The notes under the pieces: generated by a model | The model's database searches: none | The model's input: the letters and a program-made list of their open reading frames with translations, nothing else | Told to the model about the DNA's origin: nothing | In this document: one piece after another, positions 15,294 to 25,000 of the stretch | Position numbering within the stretch: position 1 is the stretch's first letter | How the letters are laid out: the number at the start of each line of letters is the position of its first letter | Origin: Marine Group II euryarchaeote MED-G38 | GTDB taxonomy: Archaea > Thermoplasmatota > Poseidoniia > Poseidoniales > Thalassarchaeaceae | Direction: 5' to 3' | DNA length: 64,000 bases | Assembly: GCA_002457145.1 (NCBI GenBank) | Contig: NTJP01000009.1 | Coordinates: 3,216-67,215, forward strand | Program-made: the position numbers and the translations under genes

Positions 15294-16051
15294 TGCAAAC
15301 GGATATTGATTATGAGACTATGTCATCCATTGAAATATGGCTTTCAGATTTGTCTGAAGACTCTGCAACTAGAGTTTCTGCTGCTTTTCTAATCATCGCC
15401 GGAAGCCTCTTAGGAGCAATATTTGGGATTTTGGCAATTTCCGCAAATCCGGCTGAGATATTATCAGGGTCATTAGTCAGTGATGACAATTACGCAGATA
15501 TAAACGGAATAGTTAATTCAGCACTCATTGATAATAATACGGGTGGAGATCCAATAGAAGGTGTAAGGTTAACTTTGTTAAATCCTGATGGAACTATTAC
15601 CGGGAAAGAGACATTTACTGATCAAAATGGAAGATTTCAAATCCCAGAGGTTCCACGTAAATCCTCAATTCTATTTGCATCCCTTGATAATAATATTTCA
15701 ATCAGACTGTTTCTAATTCCTGGAGATCATGCCCAGATACCGATTACTATGATTCCAGGAGATGACGAAGAAATAATTGAAATTGATTGGACCGGTGAAA
15801 GTAATCTAACCGAGGCAGCAACTCTCGCCACAATTATTGCAATTTTAACATTAATTTCTGGAGTTTTTGGTGTAAGAGGAGGTATTGAAGTTCTTAATGG
15901 GAAGAGTTATAGAAAGGCATGGTGGTTTTCTTTTGTGGGTTTATGGAGTAGAGGGGGATTATTTGTTGGACCTCTTCTAATAATTATTGGAATGGCACTC
16001 TCCAGTCTAACTAAACATCAATTTATCTCTGATGATAATAATATTGAATGA
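15293..16051 (+). CDS. Membrane protein with extracytoplasmic carboxypeptidase-regulatory-like (Ig-like) domain
   Basis: 252 aa, 1 + 2-3 TM. 'GVRLTLLNPDGTITGKETFTDQNGRFQIPEVP' is CarboxypepD_reg-like. The ATG overlaps the upstream stop (TAATG). Confidence 0.6.
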   Translation: MQTDIDYETMSSIEIWLSDLSEDSATRVSAAFLIIAGSLLGAIFGILAISANPAEILSGSLVSDDNYADINGIVNSALIDNNTGGDPIEGVRLTLLNPDGTITGKETFTDQNGRFQIPEVPRKSSILFASLDNNISIRLFLIPGDHAQIPITMIPGDDEEIIEIDWTGESNLTEAATLATIIAILTLISGVFGVRGGIEVLNGKSYRKAWWFSFVGLWSRGGLFVGPLLIIIGMALSSLTKHQFISDDNNIE

Positions 16052-17400
16052 GGAATTTTATGTATCTTATTAGTATTGAAGGAGGAGATGGTAGTGGTAA
16101 AGGATTAGCTGCTAAAATTATTGCCGAAATTCTTGAGAAAGAATTTACATTCACATCAGTAGAAAAAACAGGTGAGCCAAGAAGAGATCATCCATTAGGA
16201 CGTTTAGCCATAGAATCTGTAAAAATGCAGAAATTAAAGCCTGAAGGAGAGGCAGGATTATTCGCTGCAGATAGATTAGATCATTCACATGGATGGATTT
16301 TACCTTATTTAAAAGAAGGTAGTTCGGTAGTAAGTGAAAGAAATATACATTCTTCATTGGTTTATCAAGGAATTGTTGGTAATTTGGGATTAGAAAGGGT
16401 TGCACATATTAATTCAGCAGCACTAATTCCAGATCTTTGTATTTGGGTTGATTGTAACCCTGAAATAGCATTAAAAAGAATTAAAGCCGGTACATTAAGA
16501 AATTTATCAGACAAAAAAGAATATTTTGAAACATCAGAATTTCAAAGAAAAATCAGAGGAGGCTACAAAAACTTACTTTCGGGGAAATTTGAAATGCCAA
16601 CTCCCTTTGATATGGGAGCAATTATTGGACCAATTCTTAATGAAACATCCGAAGATAACTTTCGTAAAGAATTAACAATAGCTGTAAAAAATTTCTTACA
16701 TTCTAAGCCGCCTCCAATCAATGTCGAAATTCATGACGTTGAAATGTACCATTTGAAGAAACTAATGAATTCATTAGAGGGCCAGTCCACACTGGAAGAT
16801 ATTGGATTACAACCACTTAGAAATAATAAGAATTGGCTTGGAAATAGTAAACCATGGAAAATACTTTTAGATGCTCAGAAAATACATAATAAAAAACTTC
16901 AACAATCTTCTAAAGAAGGTAACATATTATTTCCCAAAAGTATTCTTAGTCATTCAATATCTTCAATTTGTGGTACTTTATCATTGATGAATTCAGCAGA
17001 TATTTCAGAATTGAGAGAAGCATTAGGACCAGTTAGGAATGTTTCGTATAGCCATTCTAGGAAGATTATCAAATTCTTATATTCAGAGTTATCTTGGATA
17101 TCACAAACTAAAACACTCTTATCGGGTGAAACTCCAAAATCACGTCTAAAAGATGATTTTCATCCTTTTGGTAGGCTATTATTGATAATTTGGCCAATCA
17201 GATCAGAAATTAAAAAATGGCAAAAAAATAATCCAAATTCTCATCTCCGTCTCTCTTTACCTCAGATAATTAAAGAAAGTCAAAATTTTCAATCAATTAA
17301 TTCTATGATTCTTAGATTAAATATTCTAGGGGACGGAAGGGAAAAGAATAATATTATTAACTCCGAAGAAGATTTAATTAAATGGTGGAATGGCGATTAA
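16048..17400 (+). CDS. tmk: Thymidylate kinase domain fused to a roughly 240-aa C-terminal domain of unknown function
   Basis: 450 aa. 'ISIEGGDGSGKG' P-loop, 'GEPRR', 'FAADRLDH', 'SERNIHSSLVYQG', 'PDLCIWVD..PEIALKRI' follow the dTMP kinase layout. Residues about 210-450 have no recognisable motif. 4-nt overlap with the upstream gene. Confidence 0.75.
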   Translation: MRNFMYLISIEGGDGSGKGLAAKIIAEILEKEFTFTSVEKTGEPRRDHPLGRLAIESVKMQKLKPEGEAGLFAADRLDHSHGWILPYLKEGSSVVSERNIHSSLVYQGIVGNLGLERVAHINSAALIPDLCIWVDCNPEIALKRIKAGTLRNLSDKKEYFETSEFQRKIRGGYKNLLSGKFEMPTPFDMGAIIGPILNETSEDNFRKELTIAVKNFLHSKPPPINVEIHDVEMYHLKKLMNSLEGQSTLEDIGLQPLRNNKNWLGNSKPWKILLDAQKIHNKKLQQSSKEGNILFPKSILSHSISSICGTLSLMNSADISELREALGPVRNVSYSHSRKIIKFLYSELSWISQTKTLLSGETPKSRLKDDFHPFGRLLLIIWPIRSEIKKWQKNNPNSHLRLSLPQIIKESQNFQSINSMILRLNILGDGREKNNIINSEEDLIKWWNGD

Positions 17401-17402
17401 AT

Positions 17403-18146
17403 TTATTTTATCTTTAATAATGACCCAATCGGTAAAACAACTTTCTCAGAATTTTCAAAATATTCTGGCTTAGCAGCTAACATTGAACAGATCAACCATC
17501 CAAGGCCTAAACCAGCAATAAAACCAGTGATTACTCTCTTTAAGTTAGTTGACTCATAATCTGTTAGCATCTGAGCAAAACCATCTATTCCTATGGGTAT
17601 TATTGATAATGTTATAAGTAGGAACATTGCAAACAAACGTGCATCTTTTTTATAGATTATAGAAAGTCCATTATCTGGAATTATAGTTAGAAAAGTATCT
17701 CGTATGGTCCATCTATTAGAACCCCTAATTCTAAAAAATAGACAACCAAAAACAATACCAAATAAAATTCCAACATCTCTGGTACATATTGGCATCTGAT
17801 TATCGTTTATCTCCCAAGAACGTTCATGTTTTTGATGACAATTAATATCTCCTAATAGATATGTTATTGCCCATATAGGATTCAATTCCGACCAAGCAAA
17901 AACACCTCCATGCTTAGATTGATCATGTCCTATCTCAGAATCTTCTCCATTTTCTAAATTTCCCCAACTTTGTTCGGTGGCATAATCTATTGCGTTAGCC
18001 CTCCCTGATAATTCTGGTACAGAACCTTCCTCCATCATTAAAGGGGCTAAAAAAGATAATAAAATGTAGAAACCAAATATACAAGATATAATTTTAGAAA
18101 TTTTTTTCTCATTTTTCCTGTTATTCAGGCCATTTCTGGGATTCAT
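17403..18146 (-). CDS. DUF2085-like integral membrane protein
   Basis: 247 aa, with 'CHQKHERSW....MPICTRDVGILFG' resembling the DUF2085 Cys motif plus several TMs. Confidence 0.6.
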   Translation of the reverse strand: MNPRNGLNNRKNEKKISKIISCIFGFYILLSFLAPLMMEEGSVPELSGRANAIDYATEQSWGNLENGEDSEIGHDQSKHGGVFAWSELNPIWAITYLLGDINCHQKHERSWEINDNQMPICTRDVGILFGIVFGCLFFRIRGSNRWTIRDTFLTIIPDNGLSIIYKKDARLFAMFLLITLSIIPIGIDGFAQMLTDYESTNLKRVITGFIAGLGLGWLICSMLAAKPEYFENSEKVVLPIGSLLKIK

Positions 18147-18155
18147 TCAAATCAC

Positions 18156-19265
18156 TTAATTATTCATTACTTCTAATTCTGATGTTAATAATTTACTTAA
18201 CCAGCCATGTAAAACAGGGCTCCCCATTTTAGTTAAAGTTGAATTCAGGAATGCGGCTATGAGGGCCGATCTTGCGTCAGATTTTGAATATCCTCTAGAA
18301 TGTAAATAAAATTCCTGATTTTCATCTATGGGGCCATTCGCAATTCCATGGCCGCACCCAACAACATTAGATTCTGAAACCTCTAATTCTGGAATACCAT
18401 CAGCTTCAGCATCTTTAGATAATAATAAATTATGAAAATTCTGTGCAGCATCGGTACCGGTGGAGCCTTTGGCAACTTTTAGCATCCCTGTCCCAATGGT
18501 TCTGCTCTTACCTCCGCAAGCAGCATGCCATTTCAGCCTACTAAATGTCTCTGGAGCATCATGTTGAATTTCTATATGATAGTCAAGGTACATATCATCT
18601 CTTGATAATATTGATCCAAGAACTTGTAAATTACTTCCATTTTCAGACATTCTATATCTTAGATCAGCTTTCGTTCTCTGAGATCCAGAAGAAACTGTGC
18701 CTGTATTCATATTTGCATCTCTGCCTAATGATATAGAATCTAATCTCAATAATACGCCCTTCTTCTGTAAACCTACAGTGATATCATTTATATTAGAGCC
18801 GTTCCCAATTCTTCCAGATCTTAACAAACCCATCCACTTTGTCTCTCCTTTGATAAGAGTTACCATTTCAAATTCACTCATTTCTCCAATATCGAGAATT
18901 AGCTCTAGCGAATCAATATCGTTGTTTGCATCTATTTCTAACAATATCGGAGTTCTGGAAACAAATTTCCGCTCTGTTTTTAAAACCCATTTTGAATTTT
19001 CAGATACTGCTTTTAAGAATGTAGTGGCAACCACATCTACATCGGGTAAAACTTCTCCTGATTGATCAATTTTTTGAAGACTAATTCCCTTAGTAATTTC
19101 TGTACCATCAAGATTTATTAACCTTATTTTAGGTTCTTTATTTACATCAGGGACCGTGTCAATATCTCCTGTTGGGTGAACTTTCCTCCATGGAGTATAC
19201 CTCCAAAGGTGATCTGCCCTATCTGTAGTTCCTGAGACTTCTTTGTACCTATTAATGGCATTCAT
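18156..19265 (-). CDS. sufD: Fe-S cluster assembly protein SufD
   Basis: 369 aa. SufB/D beta-helix C-terminal region ('DAEADGIPELEVSESNVVGCGHGIANGPIDENQEFYLHSRG'), positioned after sufB. Confidence 0.85.
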   Translation of the reverse strand: MNAINRYKEVSGTTDRADHLWRYTPWRKVHPTGDIDTVPDVNKEPKIRLINLDGTEITKGISLQKIDQSGEVLPDVDVVATTFLKAVSENSKWVLKTERKFVSRTPILLEIDANNDIDSLELILDIGEMSEFEMVTLIKGETKWMGLLRSGRIGNGSNINDITVGLQKKGVLLRLDSISLGRDANMNTGTVSSGSQRTKADLRYRMSENGSNLQVLGSILSRDDMYLDYHIEIQHDAPETFSRLKWHAACGGKSRTIGTGMLKVAKGSTGTDAAQNFHNLLLSKDAEADGIPELEVSESNVVGCGHGIANGPIDENQEFYLHSRGYSKSDARSALIAAFLNSTLTKMGSPVLHGWLSKLLTSELEVMNN

Positions 19266-19276
19266 ATTAACACCAT

Positions 19277-20689
19277 TTAACCAATACTTCCTTCCATTTC
19301 CAGTGCCATTAATTTATTTAATTCAACTGCATATTCCATTGGCAATTCTCTGGTAAAAGGTTCAAAAAATCCATTTACAATTAACGCTAAAGCTTCTTCT
19401 TCTGTATGTCCTCTGCTCATTAAATAAAATAATTGATCATCACTAACTTTTGATACACTTGCTTCATGTTCACATCTTGCGGTAGAATTCGCAACTTCCA
19501 TTGTTGGATAAGTATCAGATCTACTCTCATCATCCAATATCAAAGCGTCACAAACAATATTCAATTTACAGTTCTCTGCTTTTGGAGATACTGTGACCAT
19601 TCCTCTGTAAGACCCTCTGCCTCCATCTTTACTAATGCTCTTTGATAATATCTTACTCGTAGTATTTGAAGCTAGATGATGTATTTTCGCACCAGCATCT
19701 TGATGTTGTCCATTTCCAGAGTAAGCGACAGAAATTACCTCTGCATGTGAACCCTCTCCTTTGAGAATAACTGATGGGTATTTCATTGTTAATTTGCTAC
19801 CTATGTTCCCGTCGACCCATTCTATTTTTGCATTTTCATGTGCAATACCTCTTTTTGTAACAAGATTATATACATTTGCGCTCCAATTCTGAACTGTTGA
19901 GTAGCGTATGTGTGATCCCGGGAGAGCGACAAGTTCGACCACTGCAGAATGCAATGAGTCTGTAGAATAAGTTGGTGCGGTGCAACCTTCTACGTAGTGA
20001 ATACTACTTCCTTCATCTGCAATAATTAATGTCCTCTCAAACTGGCCCATATTTTTTGCGTTTATTCTAAAATAAGCCTGAACTGGCATCTCAACGTGCA
20101 CTCCTTTTGGTACATAAATAAAAGACCCTCCAGACCAAACCGCAGTGTTCAAGGCAGAAAATTTATTATCAGAGTAAGGAACAACCGAGCAAAACCATTT
20201 CTTAACTATATCTGGATATTCTTTAAGACCACTATCCATATCTAAGAAAATAACACCTTGTGATACTAAATCTTCTCTAATACTGTGATAAACCGCTTCA
20301 GATTCGTATTGGGCAGTAACTCCTGATAGCCATTTTTGTTCGGCTTCAGGTATTCCTAAACGCTCAAAGGTATTTCTTATTTCTTCAGGAACTTCATCCC
20401 AATCATTCTCAGTAGCAGATGAAGATCTTAAATAATAACAAACTTTTTCGAAGTCAATTTGCTCTAACATGCTCATATTGCCCCATGTAGGCATTTCTCT
20501 TTCAGAAAAATGCTTGTAGGCCTTAACTCTTATTTCAGTCATCCATTCAGGTTCATTTTTAATTTTTGAAATATCTCTAACTACTTTTTCTGATAGCCCT
20601 GAATCAAATCTTATGGTTGAATTTTCTGTATCATGCCATCCGGCTTTATAATCTCCTACGACGTCTCTTGCTTCTTGGGTACTCTCCAT
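19277..20689 (-). CDS. sufB: Fe-S cluster assembly scaffold SufB
   Basis: 470 aa. 'HYVEGCTAP', '[31 protein letters not shown]' are canonical SufB. Confidence 0.95.
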   Translation of the reverse strand: MESTQEARDVVGDYKAGWHDTENSTIRFDSGLSEKVVRDISKIKNEPEWMTEIRVKAYKHFSEREMPTWGNMSMLEQIDFEKVCYYLRSSSATENDWDEVPEEIRNTFERLGIPEAEQKWLSGVTAQYESEAVYHSIREDLVSQGVIFLDMDSGLKEYPDIVKKWFCSVVPYSDNKFSALNTAVWSGGSFIYVPKGVHVEMPVQAYFRINAKNMGQFERTLIIADEGSSIHYVEGCTAPTYSTDSLHSAVVELVALPGSHIRYSTVQNWSANVYNLVTKRGIAHENAKIEWVDGNIGSKLTMKYPSVILKGEGSHAEVISVAYSGNGQHQDAGAKIHHLASNTTSKILSKSISKDGGRGSYRGMVTVSPKAENCKLNIVCDALILDDESRSDTYPTMEVANSTARCEHEASVSKVSDDQLFYLMSRGHTEEEALALIVNGFFEPFTRELPMEYAVELNKLMALEMEGSIG

Positions 20690-20690
20690 A

Positions 20691-21470
20691 TTAATCTCCT
20701 CCTCTTCTTACTTTTTCTTCTAACCAATCGTATCCATTTTCTTCCAAATCAGTAGCAAGAGTTGCATCTCCTGTAGCAACTATTTTACCATCTATTAAAA
20801 CATGGATTTTATCTGGCTTAATGTAGTCTAATATTCTTGAATAATGTGTAATTATTAGCGCACCTGAATCTGTTCCTCTAATGGACGAATTAATTCCAGT
20901 AGCAACAGTTCTAATTCCATCTATATCCAAACCACTATCTGTTTCATCTAGAATTGCCAATTGTGGTTGTAACAACATCATTTGTAATATCTCAAATCTT
21001 TTCTTTTCACCACCACTAAAACCATCGTTTACATAACGAGATAAAAAGGAGGAAGGCATATTCAATTCTTTCATTGAATTTTTAAGTAATTCTCTAAATT
21101 TTTTCCCTTTGGCGGCTTCTTCACCATTAATACTTGCAACAGATTTCTTTAGAAAATTACCCACTTGTAAACCAGGAACAGCTTGTGGATATTGAAAAGA
21201 TAGAAATACACCCTCCTTGGCCCTTTCCCATGATTCTAATTCAAGTAAATCTTTACCATTAAGTTTTATTTCTCCACTTTCCACATCAAAGTCAGGATGA
21301 CCCATAACGATATTCGCAGTTGTAGTTTTACCACTTCCGTTACGTCCCATTATGGCATGAATTTCTCCAGGGCCAATTTCTATGTCTATGCCATTAAGGA
21401 TTTGATTTCCATCAATGCCTGCATGGAGATTTCTAATTTCAAGAAGTGGTACTCCCGATTCCATAATCAA
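20691..21470 (-). CDS. sufC: Fe-S cluster assembly ATPase SufC
   Basis: 259 aa. Walker A 'GRNGSGKTT', signature 'FSGGEKKR', Walker B '[12 protein letters not shown]'. Confidence 0.95.
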   Translation of the reverse strand: MIMESGVPLLEIRNLHAGIDGNQILNGIDIEIGPGEIHAIMGRNGSGKTTTANIVMGHPDFDVESGEIKLNGKDLLELESWERAKEGVFLSFQYPQAVPGLQVGNFLKKSVASINGEEAAKGKKFRELLKNSMKELNMPSSFLSRYVNDGFSGGEKKRFEILQMMLLQPQLAILDETDSGLDIDGIRTVATGINSSIRGTDSGALIITHYSRILDYIKPDKIHVLIDGKIVATGDATLATDLEENGYDWLEEKVRRGGD

Positions 21471-21579
21471 TCTGCATCTATCATCTCTTTTGAACGTCTC
21501 TCTTTTAGGACCTCAATAACTCTTTTCGGGGCCTGTCGTTTTAGGTCAACCTAAAATTACAGTAGCCTCTCGGAGTATT

Positions 21580-22074
21580 GTGGATTTACCAAATGTCGAT
21601 GAAATAGATTCAAAAAAACTCACAGAATCGTATCGTTTACAAATTGAAGAAGCGATGAAAAAAGAATCTCAAAAGAGAATATTACAAAATAATGATCCAG
21701 CAGAAATATCTAGATTACAGGACCTATCTCTAGTAACTTTACAAAAAGACGCTCATGAAGATTTAATCCCTGCGTTAATGGCCCGCTTGGGGTCAGTTAG
21801 GGCAGCTTTAGATGGACATGGAGGCAGTATTATTATTGATCATTCTTCCATTGAAAAACTAAATAATGGCAAAAAAGCCCTATCTCTAATATTGAATTTA
21901 GATGGCGCGTGTATAGCTTGCGGGGCTGCTCCAGGTACATTGCAAGGAATTCAGGACGATTTAATGTCTGATAAAGAAATAATATCTGTTCAATTTTCTA
22001 GCTCTATGTTGGAATGGTTCAATGATTTACAAAGAGAATTCGTATTGAAACATGGCGGAGTATCTTTTATATAA
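21580..22074 (+). CDS. NifU C-terminal (Nfu-like) domain protein
   Basis: 164 aa, GTG start preceded by GGAG. 'LDGHGGSIII' and 'GACIACGAAPGTLQGIQ' CxxC motif typical of Nfu. Divergent from sufCBD. Confidence 0.7.
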   Translation: MDLPNVDEIDSKKLTESYRLQIEEAMKKESQKRILQNNDPAEISRLQDLSLVTLQKDAHEDLIPALMARLGSVRAALDGHGGSIIIDHSSIEKLNNGKKALSLILNLDGACIACGAAPGTLQGIQDDLMSDKEIISVQFSSSMLEWFNDLQREFVLKHGGVSFI

Positions 22075-22082
22075 ATCAATTT

Positions 22083-25000
22083 TCAAAGATTAATCCTCTC
22101 TTCACAAACCGGACACCTAGTAGCAGAAATACCAATCGTAATCCCAAATTTTGAGTTACAGAACGGACAAACTATCTGATTGTTATTACTCAATGGTATT
22201 TTTCCTTGTTTACTTTCTATTATTCCAACTGGAAAAACTTCAAATTCTTCTATTTCTTCTGTTGTCTCTATTCTCGATATCCTTCTTAATCTACGAGATT
22301 CTTTACTATTTGATAAATTATCTTCAGTGATTAACTCTATCAAGTCCGAATCCGTCGAAGAAACCATTATATCTTCTTCACCAATAATATCTATTACGTC
22401 ATCTTCTAGTTTTACCGACCCTTTTATTCTAGTTTTCCTCTTTTGAGTAATCCACTTAATTCCTTGAGTTGAAGTAGTCACGATGATAATGGCGCATAAA
22501 ATTAGAACTGTTACTGAAACTCCAATAACTAAAATTCTAAATTCTTGATCATTATTTGATAATCCTAATTGAATCTTAAACCAATCCAGAACTGAAATAT
22601 CATTATCGTTGTTAGTCTCATCATCAATTAAAGATCTAATTTGCCACCCATTATTGGATGTATGTAATATCAAAGTTTCAGTACTAGAAGGGGCCTTTGT
22701 GGATGTGTGTAATTTACCGCTTCCTAGCCTGTCAGAAATTCCTAGCCACTCTTCTTCAAAATTAATCAAACCATATTGTATTTGAGGTCCAGTTGGTCCG
22801 ACATTGTCAAAATAAACTTGGATGCCTCTTTCAGTCTCAATGAATTCAATATTTCTCAGTCCTCGTGCAGGGAAGTTAGTCATTTGATCATTAATAGCTC
22901 TAAATGATGAATCTGCGATAATACATACTATCTCTGAACCATCTAAACTTCCTTCTCTCCAACATGATATTATCTTTTCATCTTCTTTCTCAGTAATTAC
23001 AACTAATTCTGGAAGGGCTGCTTGGTCTCCAACGGCCTTCTTAAATGCCCAATCTGATTCATCTAGTTTACCATGAGCGTACCAAAGCCCTAATCTCTCT
23101 ATTCCTGTAGTATCGTCTCTATTCTCTTGGTAAAGTAAGTGTATTTCATCTTCGACTCCAAATTCTATCTCTAAGTTATCTAATGTTGATGATGAAATAT
23201 CTATGCCTGAAATTATATTTTCATTTAATGACCAATCAGAAGAAGATATGGGCAAATCCGAGCTCAACAAGAATATATCAGTACTTTCTTGAAAACTTCC
23301 TCCAGCAAATATATCTTGATGATATCCTGATATTATTATCTCTGTATCTCTCTTATCCATATCTATGCCCCAATATTTTCCATCAGATAATAATATTGGA
23401 GGCATTAAATCTTGAATTGGTGTCATTTGGCAAGATGAATCAACAGTTGAATAAGTCAATGTCTGTTTATAGTATCCATTGTTATCTAGATATCTTCTAG
23501 TCCAAGAAAGATGTGCTATATTATCTTCATCAATTTCAACACTAATTTCCCCAGACCACATTTCTTCTAATACATTATTACATTGGACTATATTTTTACT
23601 TTGAGTAAGTTTATACATATACAATGTTGAATCTCTCTGAGTAATTACTATTCCGCCTTCTTCCATATCAATAACTTCTAATGGTATTTCTCCTACTTTA
23701 AAATTTAAATTCCTAGGGCCCGTAAGTGTAGATTTATCGATTAATAATGTAGTTTCAAAAATATTATTACTCCAATCTAAATCAGCAAATCCGCCACTGA
23801 CATCAACCCTTATTTCTAGGGGCCCTGATATATTTGGAATATACAAAAATGAAACTTGTGTTGATCCTTGACCATATATCCTAACTATTTCAGTACTAGA
23901 TGCTTGCTGCCAGCCTTTATCGGTTTTTATTTCCAAACTTGCATCTACGTCATAAGCATCATTGGAGCCTAAGTTATCTACTCTAACTTCTACTACGAAC
24001 TGCTCGTTAGGGCGAGGTATTTCTGGTGTTGTTTTAATTGCACCTTCTCTTATCGCTAAATCTACACCATCCGGTCGTGCAATGACCGGGAAACTTTCAG
24101 ATAATATATTATTGGTCTCATCACTTTCATCGATTGTATTTATCGGATCAATTATTATCTCAATTTGCTTATCTCCAGATGTTGAAGGGTTCCAATATAG
24201 TGTTACCTCTAATATCTCTCCACTTTCTATTTTAGGTATTATATATTCATCCCTTCTTGCTCCATCTTCTTCTAAAATTATTCCTACTTCATTAGCTGAT
24301 AGATCCCCAACATTCCTTATCGATCCTCTTATTTCTAAGAAAGTATTGACATAGACTTCAGTTATCGGAACTCCAAATTCTTCAAATGATAACGCAGAAC
24401 TTCTAAAGATTAAATCTGGACTAGGAGGTATGTTATCAACTATTATTTGCTTTCTAACTTCTTCTGATATGACGCCATTCCCACTAATCATCCTTACTGA
24501 TATTCTATGAGTACCATCTGCAATAGTATTGCTGTCCCAATTGAATTCCCACTCTCCCGAGTCTTTAATCAAACCTGTTCTCATTACATTCCTACCGTCT
24601 GAATCCTGAGTCGTGTAGGTATATCCATTTCCGCCAATGGTCAAACCATCGCTCCAATCATCTGTCCCTATGCGCCATTGTATTATGCAACCATCTACAG
24701 ATTTGTATGTGCCCTGAATTTTTATATTACCAACTAATTCATTTTGTCCACTTGGACTTTCTAATATGAAATCTATTAACCCAATTCCATATGTCGATTT
24801 AGTTATATTACTCCACTGTGAAAATTCATTTTTAGCAGCAACTCTTACTATCATTTGAGACGCGTCAATCTCATCTTCAGTAAATTCTGGAATTGTTATT
24901 GTACTACTCCAATTAGATATGCTATTATCCGTAAGGATGGTTTCTGGAGTATGCCATCCAAGTAATATTTCTTCTCTCGCTGGTTGATTGTCTTTAGGTT

